A stretch of 64,000 bases of DNA, from the NCBI GenBank assembly GCA_963678095.2, contig CAXXXP010000001.1:301525-365524 (forward strand), given 5' to 3'. The notes beneath the pieces were generated by a model, which saw only the letters and a list, made by a program, of their open reading frames with translations, had not been told where the DNA came from and ran no database searches. Below are positions 29,466 through 38,480 of the stretch, one piece after another; the stretch's first letter is position 1, and each line of letters starts with the position of its first letter. This DNA is from Selenomonadaceae bacterium (GTDB lineage: Bacteria > Bacillota > Negativicutes > Selenomonadales > Selenomonadaceae). The translations under genes and the position numbers were made by a program.

Positions 29466-30015
29466 TAATTATGATTCGTTTACCTATAATGTCTATCAGC
29501 TGCTGACCGAACTGGGCGCTGAAGTTGAGGTGGTTCGTAACGACAAGCTGACACTGGAACAAATCGAGGCGAAAAACTATGAGGCCATAGTGATTTCACC
29601 GGGCCCGGGGCGACCAGATGAGGCCGGTATTACCAAGGAATTGATCCGGTCTTTTGCCGGACAGCTGCCGATTCTGGGCATCTGTCTCGGGCATCAGGCC
29701 ATTGGCGAGGTCTTTGGTGGGAGGGTTGTCCGGGCCCCGGAGCCTATTCATGGCAAAACATCGAGGCTCGAGCATGACGGCACGGGCCTTTATCAGGGAA
29801 TTGAAAATCCAATGCAGGTTGGGCGGTATCACTCGTTGATCGTGGAGCGTGAATCGCTTCCCGAATGCTTTGAAATAACCTCACAACTGGAAGATGGCAT
29901 GATCATGGGCCTGCGTCATCGGCAGTATAAACTCGAGGGTGTGCAGTTTCATCCCGAATCGATTTTGACTCCGGCCGGTCGCCAGCTGCTGAAAAATTTT
30001 TTGGCAATGCTTTAA
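29449..30015 (+). CDS. trpG: anthranilate synthase component II (glutamine amidotransferase)
   Basis: [14 protein letters not shown] and GICLGHQ (catalytic Cys), plus an HPES motif. Overlaps the trpE end. Confidence 0.9.
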   Translation: MILLIDNYDSFTYNVYQLLTELGAEVEVVRNDKLTLEQIEAKNYEAIVISPGPGRPDEAGITKELIRSFAGQLPILGICLGHQAIGEVFGGRVVRAPEPIHGKTSRLEHDGTGLYQGIENPMQVGRYHSLIVERESLPECFEITSQLEDGMIMGLRHRQYKLEGVQFHPESILTPAGRQLLKNFLAML

Positions 30016-30079
30016 CCAATAGGGATATTGGTACGGTTGTGGCAGCCGTACCGTCGTTAAGAAAATATAATAGCAGTGC

Positions 30080-30108
30080 TTGACAATATATATTATTTAT
30101 TTTATGAT
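30080..30108 (+). promoter_or_regulatory. sigma-A promoter in front of the tandem cobalamin riboswitches
   Basis: TTGACA, a 17-nt spacer, then TATGAT. Confidence 0.5.
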
Positions 30109-30160
30109 GAATGAGTGAGCTCTTGTGAAAGTGATCACAAGATAAAAAATTATAGCGATT

Positions 30161-30360
30161 AGATCAGGTGTCTTAGGACTTAATAGGAAAGCTTGGTGAA
30201 AAACCAACGCGGTCCCGCCACTGTAACAGGGAGTAAATCTGCAAGAATGTCACTGGAGTGAAAGCTCTGGGAAGGCGCAGATAAGCGATGATCTGGAGCC
30301 AGGAGAACTGCCTGATGGATGATCACCGTTTGACCTGCGAGCGATGGGGAGGGGATTGGT
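30161..30360 (+). promoter_or_regulatory. cobalamin riboswitch (copy a)
   Basis: Conserved cores GGTCCCGCCACTGTAA and a B12-box-like GGAGCCAGGAGAACTGCC. The ~200-nt size is typical of AdoCbl class riboswitches. Confidence 0.85.
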
Positions 30361-30377
30361 TCATGCTGTTTTATTGG

Positions 30378-30413
30378 ATGGGCTTTTCTCTGCGTAGAAA
30401 AGCCCATTTTTTA
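30378..30413 (+). terminator. terminator of riboswitch a expression platform
   Basis: atgggcttttct-ctgcgt-agaaaagcccat followed by T6. Confidence 0.75.
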
Positions 30414-30465
30414 TTTGTGCAAGGGAGCATGAAAAGAACACCATTAGAAAAGAAAATATAGAAAG

Positions 30466-30665
30466 AGATCAGGTGTCTTAGGACTTAATAGGAAAGCTTG
30501 GTGAAAAACCAACGCGGTCCCGCCACTGTAACAGGGAGTAAATCTGCAAGAATGTCACTGGAGTGAAAGCTCTGGGAAGGCGCAGATAAGCGATGATCTG
30601 GAGCCAGGAGAACTGCCTGATTGATAATCACCGTTTGACCTGCGAGCGATAGGAAGGGGGATTTT
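30466..30665 (+). promoter_or_regulatory. cobalamin riboswitch (copy b)
   Basis: The first 156 nt are identical to copy a, and it has the same conserved cores. Confidence 0.85.
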
Positions 30666-30693
30666 CTGTGCAATTAATTTGTAAAACAGGCGT

Positions 30694-30729
30694 CCCCGGC
30701 ATTTTTGTATGCCGGGGTAGTATTTTTTA
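30694..30729 (+). terminator. first terminator after riboswitch b
   Basis: ccccggcat-ttttgt-atgccgggg followed by a T-rich run. Confidence 0.7.
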
Positions 30730-30744
30730 TGAGTAAGGATCGTA

Positions 30745-30787
30745 CAAAAAAGCTTCTATTCCGTGAGGAACAGAAGCTTTTTTTTCT
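30745..30787 (+). terminator. second terminator after riboswitch b
   Basis: The hairpin agcttct...agaagct is flanked by A6 and T9. Confidence 0.7.
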
Positions 30788-30829
30788 TTGATTTTTAGAT
30801 GAGGATGTTATAAGGGGATGCTTTTATTT

Positions 30830-32752
30830 ATGAACAGGAAAAAAATTTTGACACTTATGGCCGTCTGTTCTTTGACGCTGCAAACCTCTGCCTGGGCGGC
30901 AGAAAAAAATGGACCGGCTGCGCTGGATGAATTTGAGATGGAAGATATGCTGGTGACGGCGCAGCGCATGGAGAAGAGTGAACTCGATACGCCGGCTGCA
31001 ACCACGGTTATTACGGCCAAAGAACTTGAGCAGGCCGGGTATCGCAATGTATTTGAGGCTATTGACCAGCAGCTTGGTTCGACCAGTACTTCGTATGGTG
31101 AGGCCGGACAGGATTTTGGCTTTAGCAGCGGACGGCTGGCGCTGCGCGGCTATGACCGGGGAACCTTGGTACTCGTCAACGGGGTGCCGATGAATTTAAA
31201 AAATTATGCAAGCACGGAAAATATCCCGATTGCAATGGTTGAGCGGATTGAGATCGTAAAAGGAGCGGCTTCGACACTTTATGGAAGTCAGGCCATGGGA
31301 GGCGTGATCAACGTGATTTTGAAGAAACCGGCAGCCGGCAACAAGCAAGGTACGGTTTCTACAACCTATGGGAATTATTTCAAAAAGACGGAAACGACCT
31401 ATCAGGGGGACAATTTTATGGTGGATATCAGCCGGGAACGATCCAGTGATATCCCACATTCCAATGCCTTTGGAATTGATAAGGTATCCTATACGAACTG
31501 GTGGGTAGGGGAAGGGCAAAAGGATCGCGTGGGGCTGGCCCTCAAGCTTACCGATGAATTATCTTTTAACTATGATTACACACAGGCTGATATCACCCGC
31601 GGCGGAACAAAATACAAGGTAAGCGGCAATGCTTTGGTTCCGGCAGGGACCCAATACAATTATTCCTTTGAGGATTATCGCCAATCGGGAAGCTTCACTT
31701 ATCAGGGAAAAGACAATGGCATAAAGGCGGTGCTTGGCTATAATTCCCGCAAGGTGGATGGGTACGATTATATCAAAAAAGCGAAGCTGTCGAGCAATCG
31801 AACGATGGACAGCGAAACGCTTGATCTGCAAAAAGAGTGGAAGCTCGATAAAGATACGTTTTTGGCCGGGTACTCTTTCCGCCAGGAAAATGCGGAAAAT
31901 ACATACAGTGCGCAAAGTGCAACGCGCTCAAGCAATGCGATCTACAGTTCCTATACGAAAAGCTTTAATGATCGACTGGAAGCAACGCTTGGTTTGCGAG
32001 GAGAGTTTATCAACGATCCGGAAAAAGACCAAAATGTCATTATGCCGCAGATTCAAAGCGTATACAAAGTCAGTCCGGACACCTCCTGGTATATCAATGT
32101 CGGCAAGGCATTTCAGATGCCCGATGTCGATGACGTGCTGACCTACAATAAAATCAATGCCAGCAATCTTAAGCCGGAAGAGGGCTGGACCTATGAAACT
32201 GGCTGGAAACATACGAAAGGTGCTGATAGCTGGAAGCTGGCACTATATCATATGGAGATGTCTAATAAAGTCGGCTGGGCTAAGGATACAAATGGCGAAT
32301 ACTATCCGATTAATACCGGGGATTTCCGCAATACCGGTGTGGAGGCCGAATATAAAAAGAAATTTGATGCGGTGTGGAGCATGAAGGTCGGCGCCGGCAT
32401 ATCCAATCCGGAGATCAATAATCCGTCTTCCACTACATCGGCCTGGGTTCAGGACGCTGCCCGGGTGGAAGGTCTCATAGGGGTCGACTATCAGAAAGAA
32501 AAATGGACGGCGAATATGAATATCAAATACCTCGGGGACCGCGAATACTATGCGGCTTCAGCCAGCAGTGGGCTGGCCCAGGATATACCGGATAAGCTGC
32601 AACTCAATATGAACTTCAATTATCAGTGTGATCGCGACAATTCCTTGAGTCTTGGCCTGTATAATTTGTTGAACCGGGATAACTATTCCAATCGGTATGG
32701 TAATCTTGATTTGCCGCGCAATTATCGGTTGACGTTTACACATAATTTCTGA
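30830..32752 (+). CDS. TonB-dependent outer-membrane receptor (BtuB-like, corrinoid uptake inferred from the riboswitches)
   Basis: Signal peptide, TonB box EDMLVTA, plug domain, beta-barrel, and a C-terminal aromatic residue (..THNF). Confidence 0.88.
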   Translation: MNRKKILTLMAVCSLTLQTSAWAAEKNGPAALDEFEMEDMLVTAQRMEKSELDTPAATTVITAKELEQAGYRNVFEAIDQQLGSTSTSYGEAGQDFGFSSGRLALRGYDRGTLVLVNGVPMNLKNYASTENIPIAMVERIEIVKGAASTLYGSQAMGGVINVILKKPAAGNKQGTVSTTYGNYFKKTETTYQGDNFMVDISRERSSDIPHSNAFGIDKVSYTNWWVGEGQKDRVGLALKLTDELSFNYDYTQADITRGGTKYKVSGNALVPAGTQYNYSFEDYRQSGSFTYQGKDNGIKAVLGYNSRKVDGYDYIKKAKLSSNRTMDSETLDLQKEWKLDKDTFLAGYSFRQENAENTYSAQSATRSSNAIYSSYTKSFNDRLEATLGLRGEFINDPEKDQNVIMPQIQSVYKVSPDTSWYINVGKAFQMPDVDDVLTYNKINASNLKPEEGWTYETGWKHTKGADSWKLALYHMEMSNKVGWAKDTNGEYYPINTGDFRNTGVEAEYKKKFDAVWSMKVGAGISNPEINNPSSTTSAWVQDAARVEGLIGVDYQKEKWTANMNIKYLGDREYYAASASSGLAQDIPDKLQLNMNFNYQCDRDNSLSLGLYNLLNRDNYSNRYGNLDLPRNYRLTFTHNF

Positions 32753-33720
32753 TGATACAGCAAAAGTGGAAGGGCTGGAAAATCTGGATATGCAGCATCA
32801 GTTTGCTATTTGCGGCTGGCTGTGGCATGCCACAGCCGAAGTCAGAACTGCCTTTTTATATGGGGGCGGATGACAGCGGACAGCTGGTCACTCTGGCGAA
32901 GAAGCCGGAACACATCGTATCCCTGAATCTTGGCACCGATGAAATTCTGTTCGAATTAGTTGATCCGGACAGGATTGCCGCACTTTCTTATCTGGCGGAG
33001 GATGAGGGGCTGTCCTCGATAAAAACAGCGGCTGAGGCGATCCCAAAATTAAAAAGCCGCAATCCGGAGGCAATCCTGGCGTTGGCGCCGGATCTAGTCC
33101 TTGCCGCTGATGGTATTCCGGAAGAGGTCACAGCTACGCTGCGGGATTCGGGGGTACCGGTGTTTTTGTCCAAAAGTCCGCAAAGCGTAGAGGAGGTCTT
33201 TGCCCGGATTGAGAACATTGGCCGGATTACCGGCAACTCTGCGAAAGCTAGACTGCTGCAAAGCAAGCTCAGGCAGCGTTTACTGGCCGTGCAAAAAAAG
33301 ACAGCACAGATACCGGAGGCACAGAGACGGACGGTATTGGCGTTTTCCTTTAGCGGACCGTTTGGTCGCGAAGGGGGGATGTTTGATGATATGTGTCAGC
33401 AGGCTGGCATAAAAAACGGCGCGGCTGTTTTGGGACTGACAAAAAACCAGTTACTGAGTAAGGAACAGGTAGTTACGCTGGATCCGGATGTAATTTTACT
33501 TCCGGATTGGAGCCAGGATAAAAAAGATCCGGAAATTTTCCGGAAGCAATTTACGATGGACCCTGCCTATCAGGAACTTAAAGCCTTGCATAGTGGCTGC
33601 CTGCTGACGGTTCCTGATCGCTATCGGTACAGTGCTTCCCAGTATGCAGTGGAGGCAGTTGAGGTTTTGTCGCGTACCATTTATCCGCAGGTATGGGTTG
33701 AGGCTGATTTTGCTGAATAA
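32752..33720 (+). CDS. periplasmic substrate-binding lipoprotein, class 8 (BtuF/FhuD-like), paralog 1
   Basis: Lipobox LFAAGC and the IVSLNLGTDEILFEL motif typical of siderophore/cobalamin binding proteins. Confidence 0.8.
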   Translation: MIQQKWKGWKIWICSISLLFAAGCGMPQPKSELPFYMGADDSGQLVTLAKKPEHIVSLNLGTDEILFELVDPDRIAALSYLAEDEGLSSIKTAAEAIPKLKSRNPEAILALAPDLVLAADGIPEEVTATLRDSGVPVFLSKSPQSVEEVFARIENIGRITGNSAKARLLQSKLRQRLLAVQKKTAQIPEAQRRTVLAFSFSGPFGREGGMFDDMCQQAGIKNGAAVLGLTKNQLLSKEQVVTLDPDVILLPDWSQDKKDPEIFRKQFTMDPAYQELKALHSGCLLTVPDRYRYSASQYAVEAVEVLSRTIYPQVWVEADFAE

Positions 33721-33821
33721 CTAACGGCTATAGCTGTTGCCGTATAATTTGCCTGTCCAATAATGGCAGAAATGATGTGTTGGGTAGTTGTTGTCAAAGC
33801 TAAGGAAGGGGCAATGCCACA

Positions 33822-34829
33822 GTGGAAAAATTTTTATGGCATAAAAAAACTGGACTGCTTCTATGCCTGATCGGCATGTTTTTTATTGCTGGCTGCGGGG
33901 AAACAGGTCCGACGTCTTTATCACAAACAAAAACCAGCTATAATTTTACGGATTCGCAGGGAACGTTAATTCATATGGAGGCAAAGCCGCAGCGAATCGT
34001 GACCTTATCGATGAGTACGGATGAAATAATTCTGGGGCTTGTCGAGACAAAAAAAATGGCTGCCATTAATAAGCTGCTGGATGATCCGGTAAGTTCTAAT
34101 ATTGCGGTTTTGGCGGGGGAAATACCTACGAAAATAGGCAATCCATCCATTGAAGAGCTTGTGGCACTGTCACCGGATCTGATTGTTGTTCCTGATTGGG
34201 GCAATATTGAAAATGCAGCCGCTTTGAGGGAACTGGGCTTTAAAGTTGCCGTCTGCAAGGGACCCAAAAATATTGATGAGATAAAAGAAACCATCGTGCT
34301 CCTGGCAACAGCTGCTGGCGAGCCACAAAGAGGACAGATGTTGGTGGAAAAGATGGACAGGAAATTAGAGGAGATTAGAAAAAACGTTGAACAAATTATC
34401 CCGGCCGAGCGCAAAAGCATTGTGCTGCTGTCACTGATGCGCTCCTATGGCGGCCGTGGTTGTACCTTTGATGATGCCTGCTGGCTGGCCGGGGTTACGA
34501 ATGCAGTGTCGGCAGCAGGGATTCAAAATGGGCAGGCTATGACAAAAGAACAGCTGGTAAGCCTGAATCCGGATATCTTGTTTTTGCCGACGTACAGTGA
34601 CCATGGAAAATATGACATAAATTCTTTTCACCGTGAGTATCTGGAGGATCCCTCACTGCAGTCGATGAAGGCTATACAGCAAAAGCAGCTGGCGGAGCCA
34701 AGGGAAGGATACATATACAATTGTTCACAGGATATTGTCTTTGGCGTACAGGAAATGGCTTATATGGCTTATGGGGATCGGTTTTCGCAGCCGGGGGATT
34801 GCCATCTGTCGGCGCTTGCGGGCGATTAG
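33822..34829 (+). CDS. periplasmic substrate-binding lipoprotein, class 8 (BtuF/FhuD-like), paralog 2
   Basis: Lipobox FIAGC and IVTLSMSTDEIILGL. It is collinear with paralog 1 at an estimated ~30% identity. GTG start, 9 nt after AGGAAGGGG. Confidence 0.78.
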   Translation: MEKFLWHKKTGLLLCLIGMFFIAGCGETGPTSLSQTKTSYNFTDSQGTLIHMEAKPQRIVTLSMSTDEIILGLVETKKMAAINKLLDDPVSSNIAVLAGEIPTKIGNPSIEELVALSPDLIVVPDWGNIENAAALRELGFKVAVCKGPKNIDEIKETIVLLATAAGEPQRGQMLVEKMDRKLEEIRKNVEQIIPAERKSIVLLSLMRSYGGRGCTFDDACWLAGVTNAVSAAGIQNGQAMTKEQLVSLNPDILFLPTYSDHGKYDINSFHREYLEDPSLQSMKAIQQKQLAEPREGYIYNCSQDIVFGVQEMAYMAYGDRFSQPGDCHLSALAGD

Positions 34830-34967
34830 CTTCATAAAGAGGCGCAGGCCGCTACGATAAAGGGGGCGGTTGTGTTCAACCGTGAAGAAAAAAGACCAGA
34901 AGTTAAGATTGTCGCTGTCACAGCCAAAATGCTGCAGATCATCAAGTCGGTACGGGCTTGAGAAAGT

Positions 34968-35894
34968 GTGAGTGCAAAGATGAATAAGAAAATTATAACC
35001 ATAGAAAATCTGGATGCAGCCTATGCCGGGCATTATTCGGTACTGAAAAATATTACCTGTTCAGTTGGGTCTGGAGAAATGGTAGGAATTATCGGCCCCA
35101 ATGGGGCCGGAAAAAGTACCTTGCTGAAGACACTGCGGGGATTGCTGCCGATTCGAAACGGGCGGGTCCTTTTTGATGGGCTTGATATAAAAGATATAAA
35201 GGCGCATGAATTTGCCTTGCAGGTGGCATATCTGCAGCAGCAGGTGGAAATTTCTTTTGGCTATACAGCAAAAGAGATTGTAATGGCAGGCCGCTATCCG
35301 CATATAAAATGGTGGCAGAAGGAGAGCGATGAGGATAAACAACTGGTCAAAGCCTGCATGGAATATACCGGTGTATGGGAACTTGCCGATCGACCTGTTC
35401 ATGCGCTTTCCGGAGGGCAGCGCCAGCGGGTTTTGCTGGCCAAGGTTTTGGCGCAGCAAACACCGCTGCTCTTTCTCGATGAACCGGCAACAGGGCTGGA
35501 TGTTTTCTATCAAGAGGAAATTTTCCGCTTTTGCCGGGAACTTTGCCGGGCCGGGAAAACGGTGATTTTAGTTGTCCATGAATTGGGACTTGCTGCCAGA
35601 TTTTGTTCCCGGCTGCTGCTTTTGGGAAAACAGCGTCTTATTGCTGATGGGATACCGGCGACAGTTTTGACGCAGGAAAATTTAAGTGATGCCTATAATG
35701 TGGCGGTAAAGGTCGTACAAAATCCGCTGACGGGAAATTTTGATATCTTCACGCAGTCCCCGCCAACGGAGGAACGGCAAAAGGCCCTGCAGCAGATTCT
35801 TCGTTCCCCGAAAAAGCAGCAGCTTTTAGCGGACAAAGAGAAAACTGCGATGCGGCTTGCCTTGTTCGAGGAAGAAAAGAGGAAATATATATGA
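34968..35894 (+). CDS. ABC transporter ATP-binding protein (BtuD/FepC-like) with a ~50-aa charged C-terminal extension
   Basis: Walker A GPNGAGKST, signature LSGGQRQR, and Walker B LLFLDEP. The start may instead be the ATG at 34980. Confidence 0.85.
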   Translation: MSAKMNKKIITIENLDAAYAGHYSVLKNITCSVGSGEMVGIIGPNGAGKSTLLKTLRGLLPIRNGRVLFDGLDIKDIKAHEFALQVAYLQQQVEISFGYTAKEIVMAGRYPHIKWWQKESDEDKQLVKACMEYTGVWELADRPVHALSGGQRQRVLLAKVLAQQTPLLFLDEPATGLDVFYQEEIFRFCRELCRAGKTVILVVHELGLAARFCSRLLLLGKQRLIADGIPATVLTQENLSDAYNVAVKVVQNPLTGNFDIFTQSPPTEERQKALQQILRSPKKQQLLADKEKTAMRLALFEEEKRKYI

Positions 35895-36928
35895 AACAAC
35901 GATTCGGTCGGTCTTTGCCATTTTTGGCAATCATGGCTGGCATCTTTATTCTTGTCAGCCTGTTGTCGCTTTCCGTGGGGCAGGTGGATATTCCGTTTGA
36001 AAAAATCCTGGCGGCTTTTTGTCAGCAGGCGGGACTGCCTTATTTGGCGGGAGTGCCCGTTTCGCCGGAACAACAGGCCGTGCTCTGGCATATTCGTTTG
36101 CCGCGAACCTTAGTGGGACTGCTTGTGGGTGCTGGACTGGCGATTTCTGGTGCCGTTATGCAGGGGATATTTAGTAATCCCCTGGCTGATCCGGGGATTG
36201 TCGGTGTATCAAGCGGGGCCTCCGCTGGAGCTGTTATCGCTATTGGTTTGGGCTTGACGGAGATCAGCATGTTCTATATGCCGCTGTTTGCGTTCGGGGG
36301 AGCTCTGGCGGCAGTCACCCTCACGGTTTTTCTGGCAATGCGGCACCGACGGATTCCGGTAATGACCTTGCTTTTGTCCGGCGTTGTTGTAGGGATGCTG
36401 CTGGGCGCCGTTACGGCAGGCATACTTACCGTGCTCAATGAGCAAAAACTGCAGCAATATTTGTTTTGGACCATTGGCGGGCTTGATTACCGCCGCTGGG
36501 AGCATGTGGTGCTAGGGGCTCTGCCGATTTGCTGCGGAATTGGCTTGATGTTGCTGCTGGCACGCCATTTAAATGTCCTCGTTCTGGGGGAAGTTGAGGC
36601 AAAAAGTGTTGGCATGCGGGTAGGCTTTTTTCGCTTATTTTTACTGACGCTGGCCTCCATGACTACGGCGACGGGCGTATGTATCAGCGGGAATATCGGT
36701 TTTGTCGGACTCGTCGTGCCACATATGATGCGAATGCTCGTCGGGCCGGATCACCGCCGGCTTTTGCCGGCAAGCGTACTGGCGGGCGGAGCATTTTTGG
36801 TGTTATGCGATACGATGGGACGGGTGATTTTCCCGCCGACGGAAATTCGGGTGGGAATTATGACGGCGGCTTTGGGAACCCCGTATTTTTTGTATCTGCT
36901 CAGAAAGAATAAAGAGTTAAACCGATAA
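35891..36928 (+). CDS. FecCD-family ABC permease (BtuC-like)
   Basis: About 10 TM helices, LPRTL..GAGLA and GxIGFVGLVVPH motifs. Confidence 0.88.
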   Translation: MKQRFGRSLPFLAIMAGIFILVSLLSLSVGQVDIPFEKILAAFCQQAGLPYLAGVPVSPEQQAVLWHIRLPRTLVGLLVGAGLAISGAVMQGIFSNPLADPGIVGVSSGASAGAVIAIGLGLTEISMFYMPLFAFGGALAAVTLTVFLAMRHRRIPVMTLLLSGVVVGMLLGAVTAGILTVLNEQKLQQYLFWTIGGLDYRRWEHVVLGALPICCGIGLMLLLARHLNVLVLGEVEAKSVGMRVGFFRLFLLTLASMTTATGVCISGNIGFVGLVVPHMMRMLVGPDHRRLLPASVLAGGAFLVLCDTMGRVIFPPTEIRVGIMTAALGTPYFLYLLRKNKELNR

Positions 36929-36941
36929 GGAGCGTAAACAA

Positions 36942-37715
36942 ATGAACGAGTATGATCCGGCAGTTGCCGTACAGACGCAAAGCCTTGTGAAAAAATATCA
37001 TGGGCAGGCAGTGCTTCGGGGTGTATCGCTGTCGATTCCCCGTGGGGGGATTTTCGGACTTTTGGGTCCGAATGGTGCCGGAAAAACAACACTGCTTAAG
37101 ACCCTTGCCGGCCTTGTGCGTCCGACTTCGGGCACGTTGGCGATTTTTGGGCGGGAGGTTAAGGGCCCGGATCCGGCGATGCGTCGGCTTGTCGGCCTGA
37201 TCCCGCAGGATAATAATCTGGAACGTGAGCTGAGTGTCGAAGAGGCCCTGGTTGTTTATGGACGCTTGTTTGGACTCAAACGGGTAAAGGAGACTGTAGC
37301 AAAAACCATGGAGCGGTTTTCGCTTATGGATCTACGCCACAAACAAGTGCGCACGCTTTCCGGGGGAATGATGCGCCGGGTACTGATCGCCCGCACGCTG
37401 TTGGCTGATCCGGAGCTGATTTTGCTCGATGAGCCTACGGTCGGGCTTGATCCTGATGTGCGCCAGAGCATATGGGATATTATGCAGTCCCTGCAAGAAG
37501 CCGGGAAGACCCTGGTTTTTACAACGCATTATATGGAAGAAGCTGAGCGGCTGTGTGATCATATCGCTATTTTGCAGCAGGGTACACTGTTTTTTTCTGC
37601 TACCAAGGAACAGCTGCAGGCCAGGATTGGTATGGAGGTACGAGATCTGGAAAATTTATTCATAGAGCTGGCAAGAAACGGAGGGAGTAGTGATGGGGTT
37701 TTATGCCGTCTATAG
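36942..37715 (+). CDS. ABC transporter ATP-binding protein, ABC-2 (exporter-type) subfamily
   Basis: Walker A GPNGAGKTT, LSGGMMRR, LLDEPTVGLD. DrrA/CcmA-like. Confidence 0.85.
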   Translation: MNEYDPAVAVQTQSLVKKYHGQAVLRGVSLSIPRGGIFGLLGPNGAGKTTLLKTLAGLVRPTSGTLAIFGREVKGPDPAMRRLVGLIPQDNNLERELSVEEALVVYGRLFGLKRVKETVAKTMERFSLMDLRHKQVRTLSGGMMRRVLIARTLLADPELILLDEPTVGLDPDVRQSIWDIMQSLQEAGKTLVFTTHYMEEAERLCDHIAILQQGTLFFSATKEQLQARIGMEVRDLENLFIELARNGGSSDGVLCRL

Positions 37716-38427
37716 CCGGGAACTGCTGCTGCTGCGCAAAAAAATCGGCCGGATGGGCTATGTGTTTTCGAGTGTGATTTCGCCGTTTATTTATCTGTTT
37801 GCCTTTGGTTATGGGCTTGGCAACAGGATCGAAATTACAGGGGGCTATCTGCCATTTTTGGCGGGCGGAATCATTGGCGTTACAGTAATGATCAATGCCT
37901 TTCAGCAGACGGCATCTTCAATCAGTGCCGGAAAGTTTTACTATCATGTATTTCAAAGTCTTGTGCTGTCACCTGTGCGAAGCGGTTCGGTAATTGCTGG
38001 CATCATTGCAGCCGGTATGGTGCGAGCACTTTTTTTTGGCAGTCTGATTTTTATCATGGCGCAGCTGGTATTTCAGGTAAACGGAAGCATCCTGCTGTTT
38101 TTATTTGGCGCCTTGCTGGGATCATTTTGTTTTAGTGCCCTGGGGGTAATTGTTGGGCTGCTGGTGCGGCATCCGGACGATATTGCCTTTGTTAACAATT
38201 TTTTGATCATGCCGATGACGTTTTTTGGCGGTTCGTTTTTCCCGGTGCAGAGTCTGCCCGTCTGGATGCAGTATATGGTAGGACTATTTCCAATAGGGGC
38301 CTTAAACCATCTGCTGCGGGGGCAGCAATGGGATTTTGAAATGTGGCTTGCTGCCAGTCTGCTTTTGGGGCTGGGAATTGTTTTTTTTGTCGTGGGAGTA
38401 CATCTTTACCAGCAGTATAGTGAATGA
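37693..38427 (+). CDS. ABC-2 type transporter permease
   Basis: Six predicted TM helices with typical ABC-2 membrane-protein length. Overlaps the preceding ATPase gene. Confidence 0.78.
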   Translation: MGFYAVYSRELLLLRKKIGRMGYVFSSVISPFIYLFAFGYGLGNRIEITGGYLPFLAGGIIGVTVMINAFQQTASSISAGKFYYHVFQSLVLSPVRSGSVIAGIIAAGMVRALFFGSLIFIMAQLVFQVNGSILLFLFGALLGSFCFSALGVIVGLLVRHPDDIAFVNNFLIMPMTFFGGSFFPVQSLPVWMQYMVGLFPIGALNHLLRGQQWDFEMWLAASLLLGLGIVFFVVGVHLYQQYSE

Positions 38428-38480
38428 GGCTTTTGGTGACGGAAAGCTATATAAAATTTATTTATTGAGGAGGAATTTTT

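Larger units (their letters stand above)
30161..30621 (+). repeat. 305-bp-period tandem duplication (30161-30316 identical to 30466-30621)
   Basis: A direct base-by-base comparison gives 156/156 identity. The first differences are at 30317 and 30321. Confidence 0.9.

Noticed and set aside
30429-30461. A ten-codon ORF (MKRTPLEKKI) between riboswitches a and b.
   Set aside because: The putative RBS AAGGGAG ends 1 nt before the ATG. The ORF is very short and there is no evidence of conservation.
30180-30673. Two minus-strand ORFs (30180..30407 and 30485..30673) encoding nearly identical peptides (..SLAGQTVII.QAVLLAPDHRLSAPSQSFHSSDILADLLPVTVAGPRWFFTKLSY). A related ORF lies at 49019..49393.
   Set aside because: They lie exactly on the cobalamin riboswitch aptamers, antisense. 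The 'protein' similarity simply reflects the conserved RNA sequence. They have no RBS and no independent coding signal.
34872-34961. A 29-codon GTG ORF in the 138-nt gap between the second BtuF-like gene and the ABC ATPase gene.
   Set aside because: It has no recognisable domain and a weak start context. It could be a remnant or pure chance and cannot be supported from sequence alone.
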